A stretch of DNA of 64,000 bases, taken from NCBI GenBank assembly GCA_964645775.1, contig CAZYBU010000005.1, positions 13,339 to 77,338 on the forward strand, in the 5' to 3' direction. The position numbers and the translations under genes were made by a program. The notes under the pieces were generated by a model that saw nothing but the letters and a program-made list of their open reading frames with translations, made no database searches and was not told the origin of the DNA. The stretch is from an uncultured Leptospirales bacterium. GTDB taxonomy: Bacteria > Spirochaetota > UBA4802 > UBA5550. Each line of letters opens with the position of its first letter. Position 1 is the first letter of the stretch. Below, one piece after another: positions 45,117-53,567 of this stretch.

Positions 45117-47231
45117 GTGATGGAAAGGGTCTATATCGCGGGATACGGTGCCGCTTCTCCTGCCGGGACCTCGGCAGAAGAAATCTTCAACACCCTTAAA
45201 AAAAACGAATCCGGTCTCTCTCTGCCTAAGCGTCTTTCTCTGCGACAGGAACCGAAGCCGGTGGGCGAGACAGACATCGACGTTTCTCCCTCCCTGCCGC
45301 GAAGTCATGGACTGGCACTGCGGGCCGCCCGGGAGGCTTTGGAAGGGACGGGAATCGTGCCCGATGGCATCGTCCTGGGTGGAACAACGGGAGGCATGGA
45401 GAGGACGGAAGAGCACCTTCAAGGGGAGTGCTCCGACCCCTCATGTTACGAGAACCATGCCCTGGGTGACGTGGCCTCCTGCCTGGCCCGGGAGATGGGA
45501 ATAACCGGGCCGGTTATCACTATCTCCAACGCATGTGCTTCGGGAACCGCTGCCCTGAAGGTCGCCATGAGACTCATCCAGGAGGGGACCTGTTCAACGG
45601 TCCTGGCGGGAGGCGCGGATTCCCTCTGCAGGCTGACATACTACGGTTTTCATTCGCTTCAGCTCATTGACCCGGAAGGGGCGCGTCCATATGACCGGGG
45701 CCGGCAGGGTATGACCGTCTCAGAAGGCGCGGCCATCCTTCTCCTCGCAGCCGGTAAGACGAACCTGAACAGGAAGGCGGAACTCCTGGGGGTGGGCCTC
45801 TCCTGCGACGCTCACCACCCCACGTCTCCTCATCCGGAAGGGGAGGGAGCCCGGACCGCCATGGCATCAGCCCTGGAGGAATCGGCCGTGAATCCGGGAG
45901 ATGTGGATTACGTCAACCTCCACGGCACCGGGACCCGGGATAATGACCTCTCCGAAGGTAAAGCTATACGCTCCCTCTTCGATGATCGCCTGCCACTTCT
46001 CTCTTCGATAAAAGGGATAACAGGTCACACCCTGGCGGCTGCGGGCGCCCTGGAGGCCGTGGTATCAACCATGGCCCTGGAAAAGGGTTTTGTGCCTGGC
46101 AATTACGGGTTCCGTGATCCTGACCCCGAGATAGGGATACGTCCCCTGGAGGCTCCCCTTTACCGGGACCTTTCCGTGGTTCTGTCGAATTCGTTCGGCT
46201 TCGGCGGGAGCAACGCATCGGCCCTTTTCGCCAAACCTGGCCGTTTTGCCTCGAAGACCCTATCCAGGGGAAGGGGCTACCTCTCCATCCTCTCCGGCGC
46301 CTGTGTGAGCGGTGCCGGCAGAACGGATGAAGCCCTGGCCGCCCTGGACGAGGGAGAATACTTTAAAGGGCCTGTTTCCTCTGATGCCCTTGTCGGTTCG
46401 CTCCAGCCCCGGGCGGCGAGAAGGCTTAAGCGAGTGTCACTATTGGCCCTCTCCACGGCCCTTGAGGTCGTTGAAGGGGGAGAAGTCCCCTCTTCCGTCT
46501 ATTTCGGAACAGGATGGGGGGGGCTCACGGAGACGGACAACTTCCTCACCCGCCTGTTCTCATCGGACGAACAGTATTCCAGTCCCACGGACTTTATAAG
46601 TTCCGTGCATAATGCCCCTGCCGGCCAGATATCACTCCGTTTTAAGTCGACCGGTCCCAATGTCACGACCACGGGAAGGGACCTGTCCTTTGAACAGGCC
46701 CTCCTCTCCGCTTCGTTTCTCCCGGCAGCAGGGGAGGGTCCCCTTATTGTGGGAGGTGCGGACGAGTATCATTCCAGGCTCTCGCCTCTCTTTGATCCCA
46801 CAGGTGATTCTGACGGTGCAGGGATGTTTCTCTGCAGGTATGAGAGGGAGCCGACCGGGATATCCATCCATGATCCGCTTCTCGCTTCCTTTTCTACGGA
46901 GACCCTTGTCTCCCTTCTGGATGGGGTGAAACCGGGTATGATATTCATGAGGTTCACAGGCCCCCGGAGAGAAGAGTTTCGGGAAAAGACACTCAATCTT
47001 CTTGAATCCCATGCGCCGGTTGTACCACGGTCCGATTATTCCGAACTCCTCGGAAATTTCGCGACAGTATCGGCCGTGGCGTCGGTTCTGGTTTATCGCT
47101 TTATGCTGGCCGGAAGGGTACCCTCCTTTTTTACGGGTGAGAGTGTCGATATTGCCGGCAAAGACGTCCTGATGCTCAATATTGGCGAGCATTTCTCTTC
47201 GTTTACCTTTCGAAGGGCATCCTCCCGCTGA
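45117..47231 (+). CDS. Ketosynthase fused to a chain-length-factor-like domain (ApeO + ApeC-like)
   Basis: The first ~390 aa form a complete KS (ISNACASGTAAL, DAHHPTSP, NLHGTGT, SNSFGFGGSNAS). The following ~310 aa are KS-like but lack the Cys/His/His triad (SSVHNAPAGQISL, LIVGGADEYH). Confidence 0.8.
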   Translation: MMERVYIAGYGAASPAGTSAEEIFNTLKKNESGLSLPKRLSLRQEPKPVGETDIDVSPSLPRSHGLALRAAREALEGTGIVPDGIVLGGTTGGMERTEEHLQGECSDPSCYENHALGDVASCLAREMGITGPVITISNACASGTAALKVAMRLIQEGTCSTVLAGGADSLCRLTYYGFHSLQLIDPEGARPYDRGRQGMTVSEGAAILLLAAGKTNLNRKAELLGVGLSCDAHHPTSPHPEGEGARTAMASALEESAVNPGDVDYVNLHGTGTRDNDLSEGKAIRSLFDDRLPLLSSIKGITGHTLAAAGALEAVVSTMALEKGFVPGNYGFRDPDPEIGIRPLEAPLYRDLSVVLSNSFGFGGSNASALFAKPGRFASKTLSRGRGYLSILSGACVSGAGRTDEALAALDEGEYFKGPVSSDALVGSLQPRAARRLKRVSLLALSTALEVVEGGEVPSSVYFGTGWGGLTETDNFLTRLFSSDEQYSSPTDFISSVHNAPAGQISLRFKSTGPNVTTTGRDLSFEQALLSASFLPAAGEGPLIVGGADEYHSRLSPLFDPTGDSDGAGMFLCRYEREPTGISIHDPLLASFSTETLVSLLDGVKPGMIFMRFTGPRREEFREKTLNLLESHAPVVPRSDYSELLGNFATVSAVASVLVYRFMLAGRVPSFFTGESVDIAGKDVLMLNIGEHFSSFTFRRASSR

Positions 47232-47240
47232 CGTGAATAT

Positions 47241-48050
47241 ATGGATGTACTCAGTACATGGAGAGGACCCCTTTCCCTTTATCATCGTTCCCTGATTATG
47301 GTTGTTATCCTTGTACCGGTTCTGGGACTTATTGAGCCTCTCCTGGCCCTGATTCCGGTATCCCTGCTTGTGGCAGTGATAGTTATCGCTCCCTTTTTTC
47401 CCGCATTCAGTTTTTACCTTCCGGTTGTAAGCCGTGGCAGGAGGGAACAACAGGCCGTGGCTCTGACCTTTGATGACGGACCGGACGTGAGTGTTACACC
47501 CCGTCTCCTGGATCTTCTTAAAGAGCACGGTGTGAAAGCCACATTTTTCCTCGTGGGGAAGAAGGTTGAAACAAACCCGGCAATTGTCCGGCGCATACTG
47601 GATGAAGGACATGACCTCGGAAATCATTCCCAGAGTCACGATCCCCTGCTGATGTTCCGGAGCCGGACAAGGATAAAAAGTGAAATCGAAAAGGCCCAGG
47701 AGACATTTGCCCCCTTCGGGGTCAGACCCCGTTATTTCCGGCCCCCGGCAGGGGTCACGGGACCTCGATTGAAACCGGTCCTTACGGAGCTTGGAATGCT
47801 CTGCGTGAATTTCTCCAGGAGGGCGAGGGACTTCGGTAACCGTAGAAAGGTTCCTGTCTCACGGATACTGGGTCGCTCCCTTGCCGCAGGGGACATCATT
47901 CTCCTCCATGACATCTCCCCTGATGGAGGATTAGAGCCTGAGAGGGTGATACAGGAATTTGATCAGCTTATCAGAGATATAATGAATAAAGGGTACAGTA
48001 TTGTATCCCTTGAAGAACTGACCGGCTTTCCGGTCATGGATCGAATCTGA
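47241..48050 (+). CDS. Membrane-anchored polysaccharide deacetylase (NodB homology domain)
   Basis: Two N-terminal TM segments, then ALTFDDGPD, GNHSQSH and ILLHD motifs. Confidence 0.8.
   Translation: MDVLSTWRGPLSLYHRSLIMVVILVPVLGLIEPLLALIPVSLLVAVIVIAPFFPAFSFYLPVVSRGRREQQAVALTFDDGPDVSVTPRLLDLLKEHGVKATFFLVGKKVETNPAIVRRILDEGHDLGNHSQSHDPLLMFRSRTRIKSEIEKAQETFAPFGVRPRYFRPPAGVTGPRLKPVLTELGMLCVNFSRRARDFGNRRKVPVSRILGRSLAAGDIILLHDISPDGGLEPERVIQEFDQLIRDIMNKGYSIVSLEELTGFPVMDRI
47719..47729. repeat. GGGTCWGACCC palindrome copy (W=A)
   Basis: Exact 11-mer in the deacetylase gene, decoded G-V-R-P. Confidence 0.95.
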
Positions 48051-48518
48051 TCAGAGCTGTCCGTATATAAACAGGTTTATCAGGCGGGCCACGAAATAGG
48101 CTCCGGCAAAGAGGAGAAAAAACATCGTGAAAATAAAGATCAGTATCTCTTCGTATCGAACAACCTTCGCATGGAGGACCTTCTTGCCGAAATAGTTGTA
48201 GTGATAGTTTTCCGGGTCTCTGCTTCTTTTAATAATGATTACCGCTATGTTGATCTGCACGGCAAGGGTCACCAGCATGATGAGACCGGAAAGTATCCAT
48301 GTAAGGATAGTGAAATTTATCGAACGTACGAGTTTCGGCTCAATCACCCCAAGAATGATCAGGGCCAGGGCGAGCACCATGTTTGAGATAAGAGTATAGA
48401 GAAACCATCGAAAGTTTTTGGTGTCCCTTTTTAACACATAAATGATGATGTTATATATATGGGCAGTCAGGGAAACCTGGAGAACGATGAAAAGAATGAG
48501 AAGAGTAACCAGTATCAT
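48051..48518 (-). CDS. Small polytopic membrane protein, unknown function
   Basis: 155 aa with four hydrophobic segments. It is AT-rich relative to the neighbouring cluster. Confidence 0.45.
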   Translation of the reverse strand: MILVTLLILFIVLQVSLTAHIYNIIIYVLKRDTKNFRWFLYTLISNMVLALALIILGVIEPKLVRSINFTILTWILSGLIMLVTLAVQINIAVIIIKRSRDPENYHYNYFGKKVLHAKVVRYEEILIFIFTMFFLLFAGAYFVARLINLFIYGQL

Positions 48519-48710
48519 ACCTGTCCCTGTTATCGGACCTTTTTATGGTACGATTATCATATCTATACAGATTTGTACAATTAAATCAGTATTTATTCCT
48601 TAACGTAATCCGATATTTTTTGTTTGCACTGAAAAGAATATTCAGGATTATTTACTACAGCAGGAATGATTACTGCAATTAACTTTTCTTTGCCAGATTA
48701 TAACAGTCGA

Positions 48711-48742
48711 ATAAAAGAAAAGCGGGGAAGCAGGACCCCGCT
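48711..48742 (-). terminator. Rho-independent terminator after tRNA-Trp
   Basis: On the minus strand the stem AGCGGGG/CCCCGCT has an 8-nt loop and is followed by TTCTTTTATT. Confidence 0.6.
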
Positions 48743-48751
48743 TGTATTATG

Positions 48752-48824
48752 CAGGCCACGAGGGACTTGAACCCCCAACCCTCGGTTTTGGAGACCGATG
48801 CTCTGCCAGTTGAGCTAGTGGCCT
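48752..48824 (-). tRNA. tRNA-Trp (anticodon CCA)
   Basis: Hand-folded cloverleaf: acceptor AGGCCAC/GTGGCCT, D arm GCTC...GAGC, anticodon stem TCGGT/ACCGA with loop CTCCAAA, and T loop TTCAAGT. Confidence 0.85.
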
Positions 48825-48988
48825 GTGTCTTCTTGTCTTTAATGAAGGAGAAAACTTAAGAAGCCGGGAACCGTCAAGTATTTTCTTGTAAAAATAGGGT
48901 TTGAACAGGACCTTTTCAGTAGTTAAGAGATTAATGTATTGACATGTTATCCGCCACCGTACACGTTAAATCCCATGTGCCGCAATGA

Positions 48989-49016
48989 TTAGCAAATATT
49001 CATATGCGCGTATAAT
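48989..49016 (+). promoter_or_regulatory. Candidate promoter for the YeeE/YedE pair
   Basis: TTAGCA (48989-48994), 16 nt, TATAAT (49011-49016). GGGAGG RBS before ATG 49064. Confidence 0.35.
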
Positions 49017-49063
49017 TAATAATAAATATTTAATGTGAACAAAATTCCAAGGGAGGTAAATTA

Positions 49064-49576
49064 ATGAAACCCCAAAAGTATATGAACCCCTATTTAGCGG
49101 GTATCATACTGGGTCTTGTCCTGCTGGTCACATACATGCTGGTCGGCCGTGGTTTGGGAGCCAGCAGTTTGGAAATGAGGGCAGTCGTTGCCATAGAAAA
49201 GGCTGTTTCCCAGGCCCATGTGGACGCGACGCCCTATCTCGCGAGATATGGCAAAACAGGTAAAAACCCTTTTAATAACTGGATTACCGTTGAAGTTCTG
49301 GGACTTATGGTGGGTGCTTTCGCGTCGGCCTTTTTTGCAAAGCGGCTTAAGAAGGAAACGAATCATGGCCCTCAGATTAACACAAAACAGAGATGGATAC
49401 TCGCTGCCGTCGGAGGAGCGTTGTTCGGTTTCGGAGCCCGGATGGCCAGAGGGTGTACCAGCGGTGTCGCTCTCTCGGGCGGTGCTACCATGGCATTCGG
49501 GAGCTGGTTGACCATGTTTGCCATTTTCACTGGGGCCTTCGCGCTGGCATACTTCGTCCGGAAACAGTGGATATAG
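49064..49576 (+). CDS. YeeE/YedE-family sulfur-compound transporter, half-size subunit
   Basis: Polytopic protein with GRGLGASS and the conserved-cysteine loop ARGCTSGV. Confidence 0.7.
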   Translation: MKPQKYMNPYLAGIILGLVLLVTYMLVGRGLGASSLEMRAVVAIEKAVSQAHVDATPYLARYGKTGKNPFNNWITVEVLGLMVGAFASAFFAKRLKKETNHGPQINTKQRWILAAVGGALFGFGARMARGCTSGVALSGGATMAFGSWLTMFAIFTGAFALAYFVRKQWI

Positions 49577-49588
49577 GGAGGTAGATCT

Positions 49589-50206
49589 ATGGCGCCGGTA
49601 GTATGGATATATGATCTTGGAACAATAGTATATAATGTCCTCGGGTTTATTGTGGGGATCGGTTTCGGCTTCGCTCTTGAGCGTGCCGGTTTCGGTAATT
49701 CGCGGAAGATGGGTCTTCTCTTCTATTTCAGGGATTTCACTGTCCTGAAGGTAATGTTCACGGCGATTATTGTCGCCATGTCAGGATTTACCCTTTTCCG
49801 TGCCGTGGGTATCCTGAACTGGGACGTGGTCTATCTTAATCCCACCATTTTGTGGCCCGGTATCATCGGTGGTCTTATTATGGGCTTCGGATTCGTAATT
49901 GGAGGATACTGCCCCGGCACCAGTTTAGTGGGGTTTGTTTCATTTAAAATGGACGCGCTTTTTTACGTCCTCGGGTCCCTGGTCGGAATGTTCATCTTCG
50001 CAGAAACAGAGGTACTCTTCGCCGAATTATTCCGGAAGGGAGGTGCCCTGAGTGGCTTCATGGGTCCCAGGGTGACCCTGGATGCGGTTCTGGGCATCCC
50101 CTACTGGCTGGTTAACATTATCATTGTGGTTATTGCCCTGGGAGCCTTTTATGCCGCGGAGTGGGCCGAAAACCGCCGGGGAGAAATTGTTCAGCCGAAT
50201 GAATAA
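49589..50206 (+). CDS. YeeE/YedE-family sulfur-compound transporter, second half-size subunit
   Basis: Polytopic protein with GGYCPGTS, 12 nt downstream of the first half. Confidence 0.7.
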   Translation: MAPVVWIYDLGTIVYNVLGFIVGIGFGFALERAGFGNSRKMGLLFYFRDFTVLKVMFTAIIVAMSGFTLFRAVGILNWDVVYLNPTILWPGIIGGLIMGFGFVIGGYCPGTSLVGFVSFKMDALFYVLGSLVGMFIFAETEVLFAELFRKGGALSGFMGPRVTLDAVLGIPYWLVNIIIVVIALGAFYAAEWAENRRGEIVQPNE

Positions 50207-50233
50207 CTTTTCAGATGCTGTAAATATCAGCTG

Positions 50234-50262
50234 GAGGGTGCCCCCGCGGGCACCCTCTTTTT
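50234..50262 (+). terminator. Rho-independent terminator after the YeeE/YedE pair
   Basis: A perfect 10-bp stem GAGGGTGCCC/GGGCACCCTC with a 4-nt loop, followed by TTTTT. Confidence 0.8.
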
Positions 50263-50406
50263 CGTGCGCCCGGCATTGCGGGATCAAAGCAGATAAAATG
50301 TATTTGCGATTTGAGTCCTATGGCCTATTATTAATGGCCCAATGAATGATGCGTTATATCGTTTAGCGGACCTGCTTGATAATTCCATGGGGAAGGTTCG
50401 AGATAT

Positions 50407-51117
50407 GTGGGTCTTGCTGAAGATATTACCCCGCATATACGGCAGCAGGAGATGTTGAAACGTTCTCTGGATAAGAAGGAGACGCTCCTGAGGGAACTCT
50501 ACCACAGAACGCGGAATAATATGCAGGTTATCATCTCCCTGTTCAAGCTACAGGGATTGAAAAGCGAAAGTCAGGAGGTAAGCTCCATGGTCCGGGCGAT
50601 GGCGGACCGGAACCAGGCAATTTCCCTGGTCCATCAGAAACTCTACCAGTCCGGTAATTTTTCAAAAATTCGGCTGGATCATTACCTTGAAGAGCTGTTC
50701 GATCTTCTTATGAGTAGTTGCCGGGTCTCAAGTATGAAGGTCTATCTGGAAGTCGACGTGGATGAGCTCAGTGTAGTGATTGATATCGCCATTCCCTGCG
50801 GGCTGATCGTGAATGAACTCGTTTCAAATTCTCTCCGTCACGCTTTCCCTGAAGGAGAGGGAGCAATCAGGGTTGAGGTCCGTTTTGAACCGGGGGAACT
50901 CATTTGGCTCGATTACCGGGATGACGGGCAGGGCCTTATTGAGGAATTGGACCCCTTTACCCTGGAAAGCGCAGGCATGCAGACACTGGTTAACATCGGG
51001 AAGCACCATCCGCAGGGAAAAATCAGGTTTGACTTCTCCCAGGGATTCCGTTTTATTCTATTGTTCCCTGAGAAAGTATACAAAACAAGGATACAGGATT
51101 ATGGGTACATCGAGTAA
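50407..51117 (+). CDS. HisKA_2/HWE-type histidine kinase core lacking a sensor domain (probably 5'-truncated)
   Basis: H-box LLRELYHRTRNNMQVI, N-box NELVSNSLRHAF, and DDGQG. It begins with the tail of a PAS domain (GLAEDIT), and an in-frame stop sits at 50380. Confidence 0.65.
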   Translation: MGLAEDITPHIRQQEMLKRSLDKKETLLRELYHRTRNNMQVIISLFKLQGLKSESQEVSSMVRAMADRNQAISLVHQKLYQSGNFSKIRLDHYLEELFDLLMSSCRVSSMKVYLEVDVDELSVVIDIAIPCGLIVNELVSNSLRHAFPEGEGAIRVEVRFEPGELIWLDYRDDGQGLIEELDPFTLESAGMQTLVNIGKHHPQGKIRFDFSQGFRFILLFPEKVYKTRIQDYGYIE

Positions 51118-51469
51118 CATTCTTATCGTGGAGGATGAGGCGACAACGGCCCTCTATCTTAAACTCGCCTTTCGCAAAATGGGGTACCAGGCGGAGACCG
51201 TGCCATCTGGCCCGAAAGCCATAGAATATGTGGATAAGGGCAGAGTAGATGTTGTTGTTATGGACATTCAGCTGGCGGACGAGATGGACGGGATCGAGGC
51301 AGCTTCCATTCTCCGTGGAAAAAGTGATTGTAGAATTATATTTATGACCGGCTACCAGGACCGGGAGTACAAAGATAAGGCGATGGCCCTGGAGCCTCTG
51401 GCTTATCTTGTGAAACCTGTTAAGGCTTCGGATATCGACTGTATTCTCAGAGAAGAACAGGGTCAGTAA
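51101..51469 (+). CDS. Single-domain CheY-like response regulator
   Basis: ILIVEDE, VVVMDIQLADEMDG and YLVKP motifs. ATG 51101 overlaps the kinase 3' end. Confidence 0.85.
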   Translation: MGTSSNILIVEDEATTALYLKLAFRKMGYQAETVPSGPKAIEYVDKGRVDVVVMDIQLADEMDGIEAASILRGKSDCRIIFMTGYQDREYKDKAMALEPLAYLVKPVKASDIDCILREEQGQ

Positions 51470-52911
51470 TAACCGTTTATTTCGCTCTCTTCGAAAAGAT
51501 ACTTCTGGTTGTTTTCCTTGACCGCGTCGAGAGGACAGGGATACTCGCCGTCGAAACAGGCGGAGCAGAAAGACATGGCCGGCCTGTCAATTGCCTTGAG
51601 CATTGACTCGATGGAGAGGTATGTGATACTGTCTACCCGCAGGTATTTTCGGATCTCGTCCAGGGTATGGGTTGATGCGATGAGTTCCTTATGTGTCGGT
51701 ATGTCTATCCCGTAGAAGCAGGGATACCTGGTCGGCGGCGCGGCGATACGCACATGAACCTCTTTAGCTCCCGCGTTTTTAAACATCTTGATGATTTTAC
51801 GCATGGTCGTGCCTCTCATGATGGAGTCGTCCACCACGATGATGCGTTTGTCCTTTACGGCGGATGCCACGACGTTGAACTTGATCTTTACACCGAAGTC
51901 CCTGATTCTCTGACTCGGCTCGATAAAGGTCCGTCCGATATAATGGCTTCGAATCATCCCGATCTCGTAGGTAATTCCCGACTCCCGGGCGTATCCGAGA
52001 GCCGCGGAAATGGAGGAATCCGGTATGGGAACCACCAGATCTGCATCCACGGGCGCCTCCCGGGCCAGCATGCGTCCCATCTGTATCCTCATATTATGTA
52101 CAGATTCATCAAATATGATGCTGTCCGGCCTGGAAAAGTATATGAACTCAAAGACGCAGAGGGCTTCTTCACGGGCCGGGAAGGGAAAGTAAGATTTCAC
52201 GCCTTCCGGGCCGACTTCAAGTATTTCACCCGGTCGGATCTCCCGTTCATAGGTGGCGTCAATGATATCGAAGGAGCAGGTTTCCGAAGCGAAAACGTAG
52301 CTTTCTCCCAGCCGACCCATGACAAGGGGTCTGAAACCGTAAGGGTCCCTGATCACGAAAAGCTTTTCCCTGTTCATCACGAGGAGTGAATAGGCTCCCC
52401 GTATCTGTGAGATGGCCTCGAAAAGGGCCTCCCTGAAGTCCCGGAGTCCCGAGCGGGCCATGAGGTGGACAATCACTTCAGAATCCATGGTGGTCTGGAA
52501 GATATGACCCTTCTGCTCCAGCTCATGGCGTAACTCTCCGGAATTCGTAAGGTTCCCGTTATGGGACAGGATAATCGGTCCAAGGATTGAGTCTGCCCTG
52601 AGGGGCTGAGCGTTTCTCAGGTAAGAAGAGCCGGTCGTCGAGTAGCGATTGTGTCCGATAGCCATGTGTCCCTGGAGATTATTAATATGGTTTTCGGTGA
52701 ATACATCGGTTACTTTACCCATGCTTGCATAGCGGTAGATGTGATGACCGTCGCTGGAGGCGATTCCGGCTGATTCCTGACCTCTGTGCTGGAGGGCGTA
52801 GAGTCCCAGGTAGGCCATATTGGCCGCGTGGGTATAACCGTAAATTCCAAATATCCCGCATTCCTCTCTGGGCCTGCCGTCACCCTCAAGAAGGTCTTTG
52901 TCTGGGTACAT
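51463..52911 (-). CDS. purF: Amidophosphoribosyltransferase
   Basis: CGIFGI Ntn-cysteine after a short propeptide, the PRTase motif IIVVDDSIMRGTT, and C-terminal Fe-S cysteines. Confidence 0.9.
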   Translation of the reverse strand: MYPDKDLLEGDGRPREECGIFGIYGYTHAANMAYLGLYALQHRGQESAGIASSDGHHIYRYASMGKVTDVFTENHINNLQGHMAIGHNRYSTTGSSYLRNAQPLRADSILGPIILSHNGNLTNSGELRHELEQKGHIFQTTMDSEVIVHLMARSGLRDFREALFEAISQIRGAYSLLVMNREKLFVIRDPYGFRPLVMGRLGESYVFASETCSFDIIDATYEREIRPGEILEVGPEGVKSYFPFPAREEALCVFEFIYFSRPDSIIFDESVHNMRIQMGRMLAREAPVDADLVVPIPDSSISAALGYARESGITYEIGMIRSHYIGRTFIEPSQRIRDFGVKIKFNVVASAVKDKRIIVVDDSIMRGTTMRKIIKMFKNAGAKEVHVRIAAPPTRYPCFYGIDIPTHKELIASTHTLDEIRKYLRVDSITYLSIESMLKAIDRPAMSFCSACFDGEYPCPLDAVKENNQKYLFEESEINGYY

Positions 52912-52979
52912 GAAGGAACTCCGATGGAGAATAGTAAAGAGACAGAATCGTCAGGAAGAACAGATATTGTAAAGTCTTT

Positions 52980-53567
52980 TTACTGCACAGCCCCCTGCTC
53001 CATGAGGGTACGAATCTCCCCTTTCTCAATCGGGGGAATCTCACGATGTCTCCGTGAGGGAAGTCCCCGCGCGGCTGCCAGCAGTATCTGCAGGGGATCA
53101 CCATGGGAGACGAGGAGTACTCGTTTTGACTGGTTCTTCTCCTCTATCTTTACAATGGCCTTTTCCATTCGCGCGAGGACCTCTTCCACCGGCTCCACGC
53201 CCGGCAGGTTTTCTCCTTCCCTGTCCTTCTCCCAGGCCGCCTGGTAGCGGTGGTCCCTCTCCCCTTCCAGTGGGCCGAAAAACCGTTCCCTCAGATTCGG
53301 TTCCCGTACGAAGCTCACTCCCAGCTCCTGCGAAAGGAGGGTTGCGGTCTCCACTGTCCTGAGAAAATCGGATGCCACTATGAGCTCCGGTTTCAGGGCC
53401 TGAAGGGTGGAGCGGGCTATCTCGATTACATCACCGCGTCCCTTTTCCGTGAGCCCATAATCATCCAAAGCCCGTTTCGGATCACTGGCAATAATACCTT
53501 CTCTGTTGGCGACGCTTTCCGCGTGTCGCATGATAAGATAGGTGTTCGCAAGAGAGGAGTAGATCAT
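52980..53567 (-). CDS. Histidine-phosphatase (phosphoglycerate-mutase-like) family protein
   Basis: LIMRHAESVAN (RHG-type motif) and a later LLVSHGD. Confidence 0.75.
   Translation of the reverse strand: MIYSSLANTYLIMRHAESVANREGIIASDPKRALDDYGLTEKGRGDVIEIARSTLQALKPELIVASDFLRTVETATLLSQELGVSFVREPNLRERFFGPLEGERDHRYQAAWEKDREGENLPGVEPVEEVLARMEKAIVKIEEKNQSKRVLLVSHGDPLQILLAAARGLPSRRHREIPPIEKGEIRTLMEQGAVQ

Noticed and set aside
38992-47639. Other long antisense or out-of-frame ORFs in the polyene cluster (38992-39765 minus, 40129-41307 plus, 46632-47639 minus).
   Set aside because: Each one overlaps a motif-verified gene (plsY, fabD/AMP-ligase, KS-CLF/deacetylase) and has biased, motif-free composition. 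I treat them as non-coding shadows.
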